Shown: piece after piece, positions 55,745 to 64,000 of the stretch
Numbering within the stretch: the first letter of the stretch is position 1
Layout of the letters: the number at the start of each line of letters is the position of its first letter
From: an uncultured Gammaproteobacteria bacterium
Lineage (GTDB): Bacteria > Patescibacteriota > Patescibacteriia > PEXW01
Length of the DNA stretch: 64,000 bases
Reading direction: 5' to 3'
NCBI GenBank assembly: GCA_964486505.1
Contig: CAZAMC010000002.1
Location: 129,656-193,655, forward strand
The notes under the pieces: generated by a model
Database searches by the model: none
Told to the model about the DNA's origin: nothing
What the model saw: the letters and a program-made list of their open reading frames with translations, nothing else
Program-made: the position numbers and the translations under genes

Positions 55745-56477
55745 CATGCGGCGATTCGTACTCGGCACGGGTATCGTCGTTGTCTTTAGCGTACTCACGG
55801 GGTGTGCCGCGACAACGATCAATCAGAACCTGCACCAAGCCGTTGCCGATGCGAACGTGGTCAGTAACCAGAACGTGAATAGTACCGTGCCAGTGAACGT
55901 GCCTCTGAACGTGAACACCGCCACACATGTGCAACCAACACCCGCGAATACGAACGTGCAGTTACCCGCTGCACTCGTAAGCCCGCTTGACCAAAGAGCC
56001 GAGCGCGTTACGAAGAAGCTGTTTGGCACGTACATCACGCCCGCAACCTCGCCCATCCAGCCCGAACGCTTCACTGGCTACCACACTGGCCTCGACTACG
56101 AGACGTTTGCAAGTGAAGCAAAGTTGGATGTGCCCGTCGTGGCGGCGTGCACAGGGAAAGTCCGGGCTCGGCAGACCGTGTCTGGCTACGGTGGCGTGCT
56201 TGTCCAGCAGTGCGTGGTGGCCGGACAGACTGTCACGGCCCTCTACGGCCACATTCGCTTGTCGTCGGTGAAGGCGAAGGTTGGCACAGAGCTCAAAGCT
56301 GGTGCGCAGTTCGCCGTTCTTGGTACAGGTTTTTCTTCAGAGACGAGCGGTGAGCGCAAGCACCTCCACTTCAGCCTGCATAAAGGCGCGACGATAAACT
56401 GGCGTGGGTACGTGGGCTCGAAAGCCGCGTTGGGGGAGTGGTTGGATCCATCGCCACTTTTTTCGCAGAGTATTTAG
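55734..56477 (+). CDS. M23-family (LytM-like) metallopeptidase lipoprotein
   Basis: Lipobox LTGC, N-rich linker, GYHTGLDY...HLHFSLH M23 zinc-ligand motifs. Confidence 0.75.
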   Translation: MITSMRRFVLGTGIVVVFSVLTGCAATTINQNLHQAVADANVVSNQNVNSTVPVNVPLNVNTATHVQPTPANTNVQLPAALVSPLDQRAERVTKKLFGTYITPATSPIQPERFTGYHTGLDYETFASEAKLDVPVVAACTGKVRARQTVSGYGGVLVQQCVVAGQTVTALYGHIRLSSVKAKVGTELKAGAQFAVLGTGFSSETSGERKHLHFSLHKGATINWRGYVGSKAALGEWLDPSPLFSQSI

Positions 56478-56724
56478 GCGTTTTGTCCCTTCCCACCGGG
56501 GTGTGCTACACTCTGGAGGCTTTGACAACCAAGCAGGTAAGCCGGTGAGAATCCGGTACGGTCCCGCCACGGTATCCCGACCCAGCATTGGGTGCAGGGG
56601 AGTCCGACGCCTATCCTGCGTTCCGCAGGATGAAGACAAATCCTTCGGGAAAAGGTCGAACAAGGATGGATATATCCTGCGACTGCCCTGATGTTGCAGG
56701 TTTTTCGTAACTAGCAAATTTTTT

Positions 56725-57135
56725 ATGGATCAACAGCAACCGGTTATGAAGAAGCAGCGTTCCCTATGGTGGCTCGTCGTACTCGTTGTGGCTGCTTTGG
56801 GCGTGAGCATATGGTCGTGGGTAAGCAAAGATAGCGCGAACAGCAATACTGCCCCGACCAATACCGCAACGCAGAACGTTAACGTTGCGCCCACAACATA
56901 CACGTACCCAGGCCAGGATGGGAAGAATGCCCTCGAACTCCTGAAGACTGCCTACCCGAATACGACCACCAAGACGTCGAGCCTGGGCGAGTACGTGACG
57001 GCGATTAATGGCGTCGAGGCGGCGAGTAACCAGGGCTGGGTGTACACCGTGAACGGCGCTGAAGTGACAGTGGGTGCAGACAAGTACGTCACCAAGTCGG
57101 CCGATATTGTTGAGTGGAAGCTCACTTCGTTCTAA
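56725..57135 (+). CDS. Secreted DUF4430 (transcobalamin-like C-terminal domain) protein
   Basis: Signal/TM anchor, N/T-rich linker, ...SLGEYVTAINGVEAASNQGWVYTVNGAEV...DIVEWKL matches the DUF4430 pattern. Confidence 0.5.
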   Translation: MDQQQPVMKKQRSLWWLVVLVVAALGVSIWSWVSKDSANSNTAPTNTATQNVNVAPTTYTYPGQDGKNALELLKTAYPNTTTKTSSLGEYVTAINGVEAASNQGWVYTVNGAEVTVGADKYVTKSADIVEWKLTSF

Positions 57136-57145
57136 GTCCACGTCT

Positions 57146-57688
57146 ATGCGTCTTCGCCCCCTCCTTACTCCGACGAACCTCATTGCTTTCAGCTTGGTAG
57201 CCTTTGCGGCAGTGGCGCGGTTCTTGCCACACCCGCCGAATTTTGCACCGGTGGCCGCGATTGCCCTGTTCAGCGGAGTGTACCTCAGCAAACGCGTGTC
57301 GCTCGTCGTGCCCTTCGTCGCCATGGTCATATCCGACGTCTTCCTGGGCTTCCACAGCACGATTGGCTTCACCTGGGGCGGTATGATTCTGGTGGGGCTC
57401 ATTGGCTGGGCCGTCCAGAAACGGAAGACGGTCGCTACCGTTTTCGCCGGTGCGCTCGGGGCTTCGGTAACATTCTTCCTGCTTACGAACTTCGGGGTAT
57501 GGCTGGTTGGCAATATGGGCATGTACCCCAAAACACTTCCTGGTTTACTGGAAGCGTATACCATGGGCTTGCCGTTCTTCCGGAATACCCTGGCTGGTGA
57601 CCTCTTCTACGTGGCAGTTTTCTTTGGGGCTGCGGAGTTGGCCTTTGCCTGGGCACGCCGGCGGGCACGCATTGCCTCACATACCTAG
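57146..57688 (+). CDS. Polytopic membrane protein, possible ECF-transporter S-component-like substrate carrier
   Basis: Internal Met MRLRPLL.... 5-6 TM helices. Family assignment is tentative. Confidence 0.35.
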   Translation: MRLRPLLTPTNLIAFSLVAFAAVARFLPHPPNFAPVAAIALFSGVYLSKRVSLVVPFVAMVISDVFLGFHSTIGFTWGGMILVGLIGWAVQKRKTVATVFAGALGASVTFFLLTNFGVWLVGNMGMYPKTLPGLLEAYTMGLPFFRNTLAGDLFYVAVFFGAAELAFAWARRRARIASHT

Positions 57689-57770
57689 AATTCGCCTTTC
57701 CGATGAGTGCCAACGGCCCTGGGAGACGGGGCCGTTGCCATTCCGGAGCGCGCGCAGTACACTAGCCGCC

Positions 57771-58667
57771 ATGCGGAACTACCGCCGTTACACCTCCGGA
57801 ACTGGCCCTACATTTGGGTCCCCACGCCAGCGCGGCAAGGCCCGCCGGCCCCTTGTGGCCTTCCTGTTGTTTGTGGCTATTGTGGGCTTGGTATACGCGT
57901 ACATCCGGTCCGGGAAGCGGGTGAGCAACGTCAACGAATCGTCCACCAATGTGAATACCGTGAGCACCCAGGTTGCTCGGCCAGCCGCCCTCACAACGGC
58001 CGCGTGCCCCGACGAGCTCCCAGGCGTGACCACAACGGAAAAGATTGTGGCGCTCACTTTTGATGTCGGCACGCTCCCGGGGGACCTGACGAAAACTGTG
58101 CCAGCCGTGAAAGCGGCGAATGTGCCGGCGACGTTCTTCGTGACTGGCAAGCTTGTGGAGACGGATCGCGCCGCCGTAGAGGCCATTCACACTGCCGGCT
58201 TCCCGATTTACAATCATACCTACGATAATTTGCGATTCTCCAAGCTCACGCCCAAGGAAGTGCAGGCGCAGCTGCAAGCCACCGATGACCTCATCCGGGG
58301 GGTGACGAATGCAACCACGAAGCCGTACGCGCGTATTCCTTTTGGGGACAGCACGCCCGAAGCGCTCACCGCTATGCGGGAGGCGGGGTACTGCGGTCTC
58401 ACCTGGACTGTTGATGGTTTAGATATCGAAAGTACAGCGACGGTAACGAGTGTTGTGCAGCGCGTCCAGCGGTACGTTCGGCCCGGGGCAATTGTTCTCC
58501 TCCACGCGGGTAGCGACCTCGCCGCCACCGCGACACCGCAGATGGTAGCGGCACTCCAGGAGGCGGGATATCGGTTTGTCTCTCTGGATGATCTTTTCCG
58601 CGCGCAGGCACAGAGTACGAATACGAACACCAGCGCTGGCAATCAAAACGTGAACGCCGCGGCCTAG
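57771..58667 (+). CDS. Polysaccharide deacetylase (NodB homology, CE4) with N-terminal membrane anchor
   Basis: ALTFDVG, ...PIYNHTYDN..., ...LLHAG... NodB motifs; N/T-rich linkers. Confidence 0.7.
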   Translation: MRNYRRYTSGTGPTFGSPRQRGKARRPLVAFLLFVAIVGLVYAYIRSGKRVSNVNESSTNVNTVSTQVARPAALTTAACPDELPGVTTTEKIVALTFDVGTLPGDLTKTVPAVKAANVPATFFVTGKLVETDRAAVEAIHTAGFPIYNHTYDNLRFSKLTPKEVQAQLQATDDLIRGVTNATTKPYARIPFGDSTPEALTAMREAGYCGLTWTVDGLDIESTATVTSVVQRVQRYVRPGAIVLLHAGSDLAATATPQMVAALQEAGYRFVSLDDLFRAQAQSTNTNTSAGNQNVNAAA

Positions 58668-58788
58668 CAGGGCCTTCAGCAATTCTTCAGGTACGGGTAT
58701 TACCGTTGTCTGCACATGTCACCGTTGCTTTGCCTACTACACGGTGTGGTATACTTGCTCGTGACGCTCGCATTTATGTGAACGCCAT

Positions 58789-60021
58789 ATGAACGACTCC
58801 CTTCCCCCAACACCCCCGAAACCCCAACCTCGTTTTTCGCAAGTGACACTCACCGTTGCCGTCCTGCTGAGTCTTGTGCTGGGCACGATTGGTGGTGGCG
58901 TTGCAGGCGCTGTGGTAACGGGAAAGCTTGGCACCTGGTTTCACCGAACGCCCCAGGTCACGGTCGCCGATGCCACGGGCAGCAGCACGACGCTCCAGGT
59001 GGAGGAAGAGTCCGCCACAATAAGCGTGGTGGAGAAGGCCCAGAAATCGGTGGTGAGCATCGTCGCCACCAAAGACTTGAGCAAGGTTAACAGCCAGCAG
59101 GGAAGTCTGTTCCCCTTTGAAGACTTCTTCGGTTTTAGCACTCCCCAAGTACCACAAGGCAAGCAGGAGGTAAGCAGCGGCACGGGTTTCATTGTAAGTA
59201 CGGATGGCTATGTTATTACCAACAAGCACGTGGTAGAAGACAAAGATGCGGAATACACCATCATCATGAATGATGGACAGCGCTACGCCGCTACGGTTGT
59301 GGCCACAGATCCGGTGAATGACTTAGCCATTGTGAAGTTTACGGCCGAGAACCTCACCGCTCTGGAGCTTGGCGATTCGTCGAAACTCGAGACCGGTCAG
59401 ACGGTCATTGCAATTGGGAATGCGCTGGGATACCGCAATACGGTAACAAAGGGTGTGGTTTCTGGACTCGCACGGCGTGTGACCGCAGGCAATGGGCAGT
59501 CAGCTGAGACTCTAGAAGACGTCATTCAAACGGACGCGGCCATTAACTTTGGGAATTCCGGCGGGCCACTGCTCAACCTCGCCGGCCAAGTGGTGGGCGT
59601 GAATACCGCGGTCAGCCAGGAGGGACAGCTCATTGGCTTTGCCATCCCGGTGAGTCAGGCAAAGCTGGTGTTCGAGAGCGTGAAAGCTACGGGAAAAGTG
59701 GTGCGGTCGTACATTGGAGTGCGTTACATTCCCATAACCAAGAACCTCCAAGAGCAGAATAAGCTCACTGTGGACTACGGCGTCCTTATCCAACGGGGGA
59801 CGAACCAGAGTGAACTCGCCATCATCCCCTCCAGCCCGGCAGACAAAGCTGGCCTGCAAGAGAATGACATCATTTTGGAAATTGATGGAGTGAAGCTCGA
59901 TAGTGAGCACTCGCTCACTGGCGAAGTGCAGAAGCATAAGCCTGGCGACACGGTTGAGCTCAAGGTGCTGAGCAAAGGCAAAGAAAAAACTGTAACCGTT
60001 ACGTTGGAGGAGTTGAAGTAA
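58789..60021 (+). CDS. HtrA/DegP-family serine protease with one PDZ domain
   Basis: Catalytic triad context ITNKHVV, DLAIVKF, GNSGGPLLN; C-terminal PDZ. Confidence 0.85.
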   Translation: MNDSLPPTPPKPQPRFSQVTLTVAVLLSLVLGTIGGGVAGAVVTGKLGTWFHRTPQVTVADATGSSTTLQVEEESATISVVEKAQKSVVSIVATKDLSKVNSQQGSLFPFEDFFGFSTPQVPQGKQEVSSGTGFIVSTDGYVITNKHVVEDKDAEYTIIMNDGQRYAATVVATDPVNDLAIVKFTAENLTALELGDSSKLETGQTVIAIGNALGYRNTVTKGVVSGLARRVTAGNGQSAETLEDVIQTDAAINFGNSGGPLLNLAGQVVGVNTAVSQEGQLIGFAIPVSQAKLVFESVKATGKVVRSYIGVRYIPITKNLQEQNKLTVDYGVLIQRGTNQSELAIIPSSPADKAGLQENDIILEIDGVKLDSEHSLTGEVQKHKPGDTVELKVLSKGKEKTVTVTLEELK

Positions 60022-60038
60022 CCTTCTGCTTCACAAAG

Positions 60039-60069
60039 AAACCCCCGGCCAAGATTGGACGGGGGTTTT
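60039..60069. terminator. Bidirectional terminator between htrA (+) and glnA (-)
   Basis: aacccccg-[12 nt]-cgggggtt followed by TTTT. Confidence 0.6.
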
Positions 60070-60072
60070 CGT

Positions 60073-61497
60073 CTACAGGAAAGGTGCGTAGGTTGCAATT
60101 TCGTACGGGTGAACAGTACGGTTGAAGTCAGAGAGCTCCTGGCGCTTGCTGGCCAGGAGGCGTTCGAACAGGTGGTCACCCACCAGCTGCCGTACCCGCG
60201 TTGACTGCTGGAAATCCTCCATTGTGCCCCGCAGTGTGCCGTGGAGCGAACGGATGTTGCGGGCCGCCCGGGCCGCGTCGTCCAGGTGGTAGAGGTCGTC
60301 TTCGGCCGGGTCCTCCAAAGTGAGGCCCTCGGCAATGCCGTGCAGACCCATGTCCAGCATGGCGGCGAAGGCGAGGTACGGATTGCAACCGGGGTCGGCG
60401 TTGCGCAGCTCGATGCGCGTGGCCTTGTCTTTCCCCGGCTGGTACTCCGGAATGCGCACGAGCGCCGACCGGTTTTTCTGCCCCCAGGCAACGTAGACCG
60501 GTGCTTCGAAACCCGGCACCAACCGCTTGTATGAGTTCACCCACTGGTTGAGCAGCAGCTGGTACTCGCGGATGTAGCGGAAGATGCCAGCAACGTAGGA
60601 CCGAGCGGTGCCGGAGAGGAAGTACGGTGCCGCGTCTTTGTCGAAGAAAGCGTTCACCTCGCCCGTGAAGAGCGACTGGTGCACGTGCATGCCCGAGCCA
60701 TTCTCCCCGAAAAGCGGCTTAGGCATGAAGCAGGCCCAGAGCTGCCGCTGCGCCGCCAGGTCTTTCACCACCATGCGGTAGAGCACGGCGATGTCCGCCA
60801 TGCGCAGAGCGTCACTGTAGCGCAGGTCAATTTCCTGCTGCGACGGCGCCACTTCGTGGTGGTGCCCCTCCACGTGAATGTCCATGGCCTCGAGAGCATC
60901 CACGACTTCCTGCCGAGCCGCGTCACCTTCGTGCGTCATGGTGAAGCTGAAGTACCCTTCGGCATCCAGCGTCTGCGGCGGACAGGTGTCTGGGCGGAAG
61001 TAGAAGTACTCAATTTCCGGCCCGCAGTAGAAATGGTCGAAGTCCATGCTCTTCGCCCGGTCGAGCGCGCGCTGCAGCACCCAGCGAGAGTCGCCGGCGA
61101 ACGGCTGCGTGTCGGCATTGCAGACGTTGCAGAACGCCACAGCCGTCGGGGCGCCGCCGGGGGAGTAGGGCAACACCCAGAAGCTCTCGAGATCCGGCCA
61201 GAGCACTTTGTCGCTCTCGTGGATGCGGACGAAGCCCTCGATGGATGAACCATCGAAGCCCTGGCCGCGTTCCAGCACGTTTGCGAATTCTTTCCGGGTG
61301 ACGATCTGCCCTTTCAGTCGGCCCAGCGGGTCGACGAAGAGTAGACGAATGGACTTCACCTTCCCGTCATCCAGGAGTGTATTCACCTTCTGGACGCGGT
61401 CATCTGTGTAGGTCAATGGAAACCTCCTTACGGTTATCAGTTCATGGTTGGGAATGGGCGTTTTCTGCAAAAACGACGAAATGCCTGTTCCGCCCAA
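60073..61497 (-). CDS. glnA: Glutamine synthetase type I
   Basis: KPLFGENGSGMHVHQSL and NRSALVRIP signatures. The ORF begins with TTG and has a roughly 25-aa N-terminal extension of uncertain reality. Confidence 0.85.
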   Translation of the reverse strand: MGGTGISSFLQKTPIPNHELITVRRFPLTYTDDRVQKVNTLLDDGKVKSIRLLFVDPLGRLKGQIVTRKEFANVLERGQGFDGSSIEGFVRIHESDKVLWPDLESFWVLPYSPGGAPTAVAFCNVCNADTQPFAGDSRWVLQRALDRAKSMDFDHFYCGPEIEYFYFRPDTCPPQTLDAEGYFSFTMTHEGDAARQEVVDALEAMDIHVEGHHHEVAPSQQEIDLRYSDALRMADIAVLYRMVVKDLAAQRQLWACFMPKPLFGENGSGMHVHQSLFTGEVNAFFDKDAAPYFLSGTARSYVAGIFRYIREYQLLLNQWVNSYKRLVPGFEAPVYVAWGQKNRSALVRIPEYQPGKDKATRIELRNADPGCNPYLAFAAMLDMGLHGIAEGLTLEDPAEDDLYHLDDAARAARNIRSLHGTLRGTMEDFQQSTRVRQLVGDHLFERLLASKRQELSDFNRTVHPYEIATYAPFL

Positions 61498-61620
61498 GGG
61501 GTTGGAGCACGGCGTGTGTGTTTTTGCGACGCGGGGGCCGCGCCGATGGCGGGAGTGTACTGGGGGAATGGCCGGTCGTCAAGCCTTGCTCCCCGGCAGA
61601 GCGCGCGGTACACTGCGCCC

Positions 61621-62716
61621 ATGCCCAGCCTTCCTGACCAGATCCGCGACCTCCAGGCGAAGCTTGCTTCGGCTTGGAGGTTACTTTGACCTTGATCAGC
61701 GTCGGCAACGGCTTGGTGAGCTTGATGACCAGATGGCGCAAGCGGATTTTTGGTCTGACCAAGAGCACGCGCGGGGCGTGAGCCAGCAGGCGGAGGCGCT
61801 GCGGAAAGAAGTGGGGGAATGGCAGCAGCTGAAAGCCAATCTGGATGACCTCGGCCACCTGGCAGGCGAGGTTGGAGACGACGCGAAGCTTACGGCCGAG
61901 ATAACCGAACAATTCCAACAGTTGAAGACGCAGTACGACGGTTTGGAATTTCAAGTACTCCTGGCGGGCGAGTACGATGAGCGTGATGTCATTTTCGCGG
62001 TCCACGCAGGCACGGGCGGCACCGATGCGCAGGACTGGGCAGAAATGCTCTTGCGAATGCTCCTGCGTTTCTGCGAGCGGCATGGTTGGAGCGCACGGGT
62101 TGTGGATGAGTCGAAGGGGCAAGAGGCCGGTGTGAAGAGTGCCACGGTGATTGTGCGTGGTCGCTGGGCGTACGGGTACCTGAAGAGCGAAGCGGGTGTG
62201 CACCGGCTTGTGCGTATCTCGCCCTTCGATGCCGAGAAGATGCGGCATACCTCCTTTGCGCTTGTGGAAGTGCTGCCCGAATTTGCCGATGTGGCAGAGC
62301 AACCCATTGATGACAAAGACTTGCGCATTGATACTTACCTCTCGTCTGGCCACGGTGGGCAGAGCGTGCAGACAACGTACTCAGCCGTGCGTATCGTGCA
62401 CATTCCTACCGGCATTACCGTGAGTTGCCAGAACGAACGTTCGCAGAAGCAGAACAAGGAAACGGCCCTGAGCATTCTGCGGGCCAAGCTTCACCAATTG
62501 GAAATCGCCAAGCAACAGGATGAGAAGCAAGCCCTGCGCGGCGCGTACAGTGAGGCAGCGTGGGGCAACCAAATTCGTAGCTACGTGCTGCAGCCGTACC
62601 AGTTAGTGAAAGACCACCGCACAAACGTGGAGACCACTGATCCCGACGATGTGCTGAACGGCCATTTGGAACCTTTCATCGAAGGCTACCTGCGCTGGCA
62701 AGCCGGGAAGAAGTAG
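61621..62716 (+). CDS. prfB: Peptide chain release factor 2 with programmed +1 ribosomal frameshift: join(61621..61686, 61688..62716)
   Basis: Frame 0: MPSLPDQIRDLQAKLASAWRLL then UGA. Site GGAGG-tta-CTT-TGA-C (SD-like 61676..61680, CUU 61684..61686, UGA 61687..61689). +1 frame continues DLDQRRQRLGELDD...SPF...GGQ... to 62716. Total 364 aa. Confidence 0.9.
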
Positions 62717-62815
62717 CCTGGAGGGTTTTTGACACCCACCTACCCACGCGGTAAGGTGGTTTTCACCAAACACCGAAACATGAACGTTATTTGATAAACC
62801 GAAAGGAGTCACCCT

Positions 62816-64000
62816 ATGTGTGGCGTAGAAGGGTACGTTGGCCGTCAGGCCGCTGTCCCGGTTCTCATTAATGGATTGAAACGGGTTGAGTACCGTGGGT
62901 ACGACTCGAGCGGCATTGCGATTGTGGTAAACGGTGAGCTCTGCATTGTCAAACGCGTTGGGAAGATTATCAATCTGATCAACGCGCTGACCGGCAAAGT
63001 ACTTGACGAAGCAACGTCAGGTATTGCACACACCCGTTGGGCAACGCACGGCCCGCCGTCCGATGCAAACGCTCATCCGCACGCTTCGTGCCGGAACCAC
63101 GTGGCGGTGGTGCACAATGGCATCATTACCAATCACGGGACGCTGCGGCAGATGCTAAAAGGCCGTCAGCACATCTTCCGTTCGGAAACCGATACAGAGG
63201 TGCTTGCCCACCTCATCGGCGAGTACTTGAACGGCGATCCGATGGAGGCCGTGCGCACCGCGCTCACGGAGGTCGAAGGAACGTACGCGCTCGCGGTTAT
63301 GTTCCGGGATTATCCGAACACCATCGTCTTTGCGAAGAACGGGAAGTGCCCGCTGCGCCTCGGCATTGGTGACGGAGAGTACTTCGTCGCTTCCGATGCA
63401 GCGTCGTTCCGGGAGTACACCGATCAGTACATTCTCGTGGAGGATGGGCAGATGGGGTACATCTGTCCGAGCGGCTACCAGATTACCGACATGAATAAAG
63501 TGCCGGTGTCACCGAAGGTGGAGAGAATCGAGTGGGAGCTCAGCCAAATTGAGAAGGGTGGGGAGCCACACTTCATGCTCGGTGAGATCAAGGGGCAGCC
63601 TCTGAGCGTTGCCACGGCTATTGCGGGTAAGCTCGCGGATGATGGCCTGGTGAAGTTCGGCGGTCTGGAAGACCAGCGTTTGGTCTTGCAAACTGCATCG
63701 AACGTCATTCTCGCGGCCGCGGGCACGTCGCTCAATTCCGCACGGTATGGCGCTATCTTGTTCCAAGAAATTGCTGGTCTTCCAGCGCAGTATGCAAATG
63801 CGTCGGAGCTGGCGAATCAGCAAAAACCCTGTTTCATTCCGGGCTCAATTGCTTGGGCCATAAGTCAGTCGGGCGAGACCGCCGACTTACTCCATGCCAT
63901 GGGCACCCTCCGAAGACTGGAGATTCCTATCTTCGGTCTGGTGAATGTGGTGGATAGCACGATTGCCCGCGAGACGCTGGCAGGCGCGTACCTCCATGTC
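62816..64000 (+). CDS. glmS: Glutamine--fructose-6-phosphate aminotransferase (5' portion; continues beyond the window)
   Basis: MCGVEGYVG...RVEYRGYDSSGIAIV Ntn-glutaminase start; SIS domain begins. SD AAAGGAG. No stop within the window. Confidence 0.85.
   Translation, partial: MCGVEGYVGRQAAVPVLINGLKRVEYRGYDSSGIAIVVNGELCIVKRVGKIINLINALTGKVLDEATSGIAHTRWATHGPPSDANAHPHASCRNHVAVVHNGIITNHGTLRQMLKGRQHIFRSETDTEVLAHLIGEYLNGDPMEAVRTALTEVEGTYALAVMFRDYPNTIVFAKNGKCPLRLGIGDGEYFVASDAASFREYTDQYILVEDGQMGYICPSGYQITDMNKVPVSPKVERIEWELSQIEKGGEPHFMLGEIKGQPLSVATAIAGKLADDGLVKFGGLEDQRLVLQTASNVILAAAGTSLNSARYGAILFQEIAGLPAQYANASELANQQKPCFIPGSIAWAISQSGETADLLHAMGTLRRLEIPIFGLVNVVDSTIARETLAGAYLHV

Noticed and set aside
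61442-62353. 303-aa minus-strand ORF
   Set aside because: Antisense to prfB.
62717-62815. Possible glmS ribozyme upstream of glmS
   Set aside because: The intergenic region is only about 100 nt, with no P1-P4 ribozyme core; an ordinary promoter and SD (AAAGGAG).
1-64000. CRISPR arrays, rRNA genes, obvious IS/transposase or integrase genes
   Set aside because: No regularly spaced direct repeats, no rRNA-like segments, and no transposase/integrase-like ORFs were seen on reading both strands. Hairpins found are isolated terminators.

Overview
This is a GC-rich (about 60%) bacterial chromosomal segment. A programmed +1 frameshift in prfB shows that UGA is used as a stop codon, i.e. the standard bacterial code. 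The gene content is that of a streamlined, surface-protein-rich organism; a candidate-phyla-radiation/Patescibacteria-like origin is my inference, not something the sequence proves. No CRISPR arrays or rRNA genes are present.

Gene order, left to right:
- A copper-handling island under a BlaI/BlaR1-type regulator pair: an HMA-membrane-cupredoxin fusion, CopZ, a second cupredoxin and the P-type ATPase CopA.
- A divergent AsnRS-like, catalytic-core-only protein.
- A promoter/terminator-delimited leader upstream of an RRM RNA-binding protein gene.
- A DsbA-rpiB-rpe-pfkB-DsbA-lgt-DsbA block.
- Three clustered tRNAs (two CAU, one Leu-CAA).
- parA-parB, then a divergent beta-carbonic-anhydrase-like protein.
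- A long minus-strand housekeeping block: topA-dprA-mfd-pth-der-LCP.
- tRNA-Val, then lepB-hisS-HIT and rpsU-yqeY.
- A giant 2764-aa surface protein with a T4SS-pilin-like N-terminal membrane hairpin, IPT/TIG domains, Cys-rich knots and eight tandem Ig-like repeats, followed by two Ca-binding-repeat membrane proteins.
- ybeY-dgkA-ftsA-ftsZ.
- A consensus promoter overlapped by two NrdR boxes, driving nrdR and a 1172-aa class II (B12-dependent) ribonucleotide reductase.
- An orphan gene pair, then a run of individually transcribed small membrane-protein genes.
- A B12-salvage-like module: cobA adenosyltransferase, a transcobalamin-like DUF4430 protein and a putative membrane carrier.
- M23 peptidase, CE4 deacetylase, HtrA, glnA, prfB and the 5' part of glmS.

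Coordinates come from arithmetic on the supplied ORF track; hairpin and promoter positions are accurate to about +/-2 nt.
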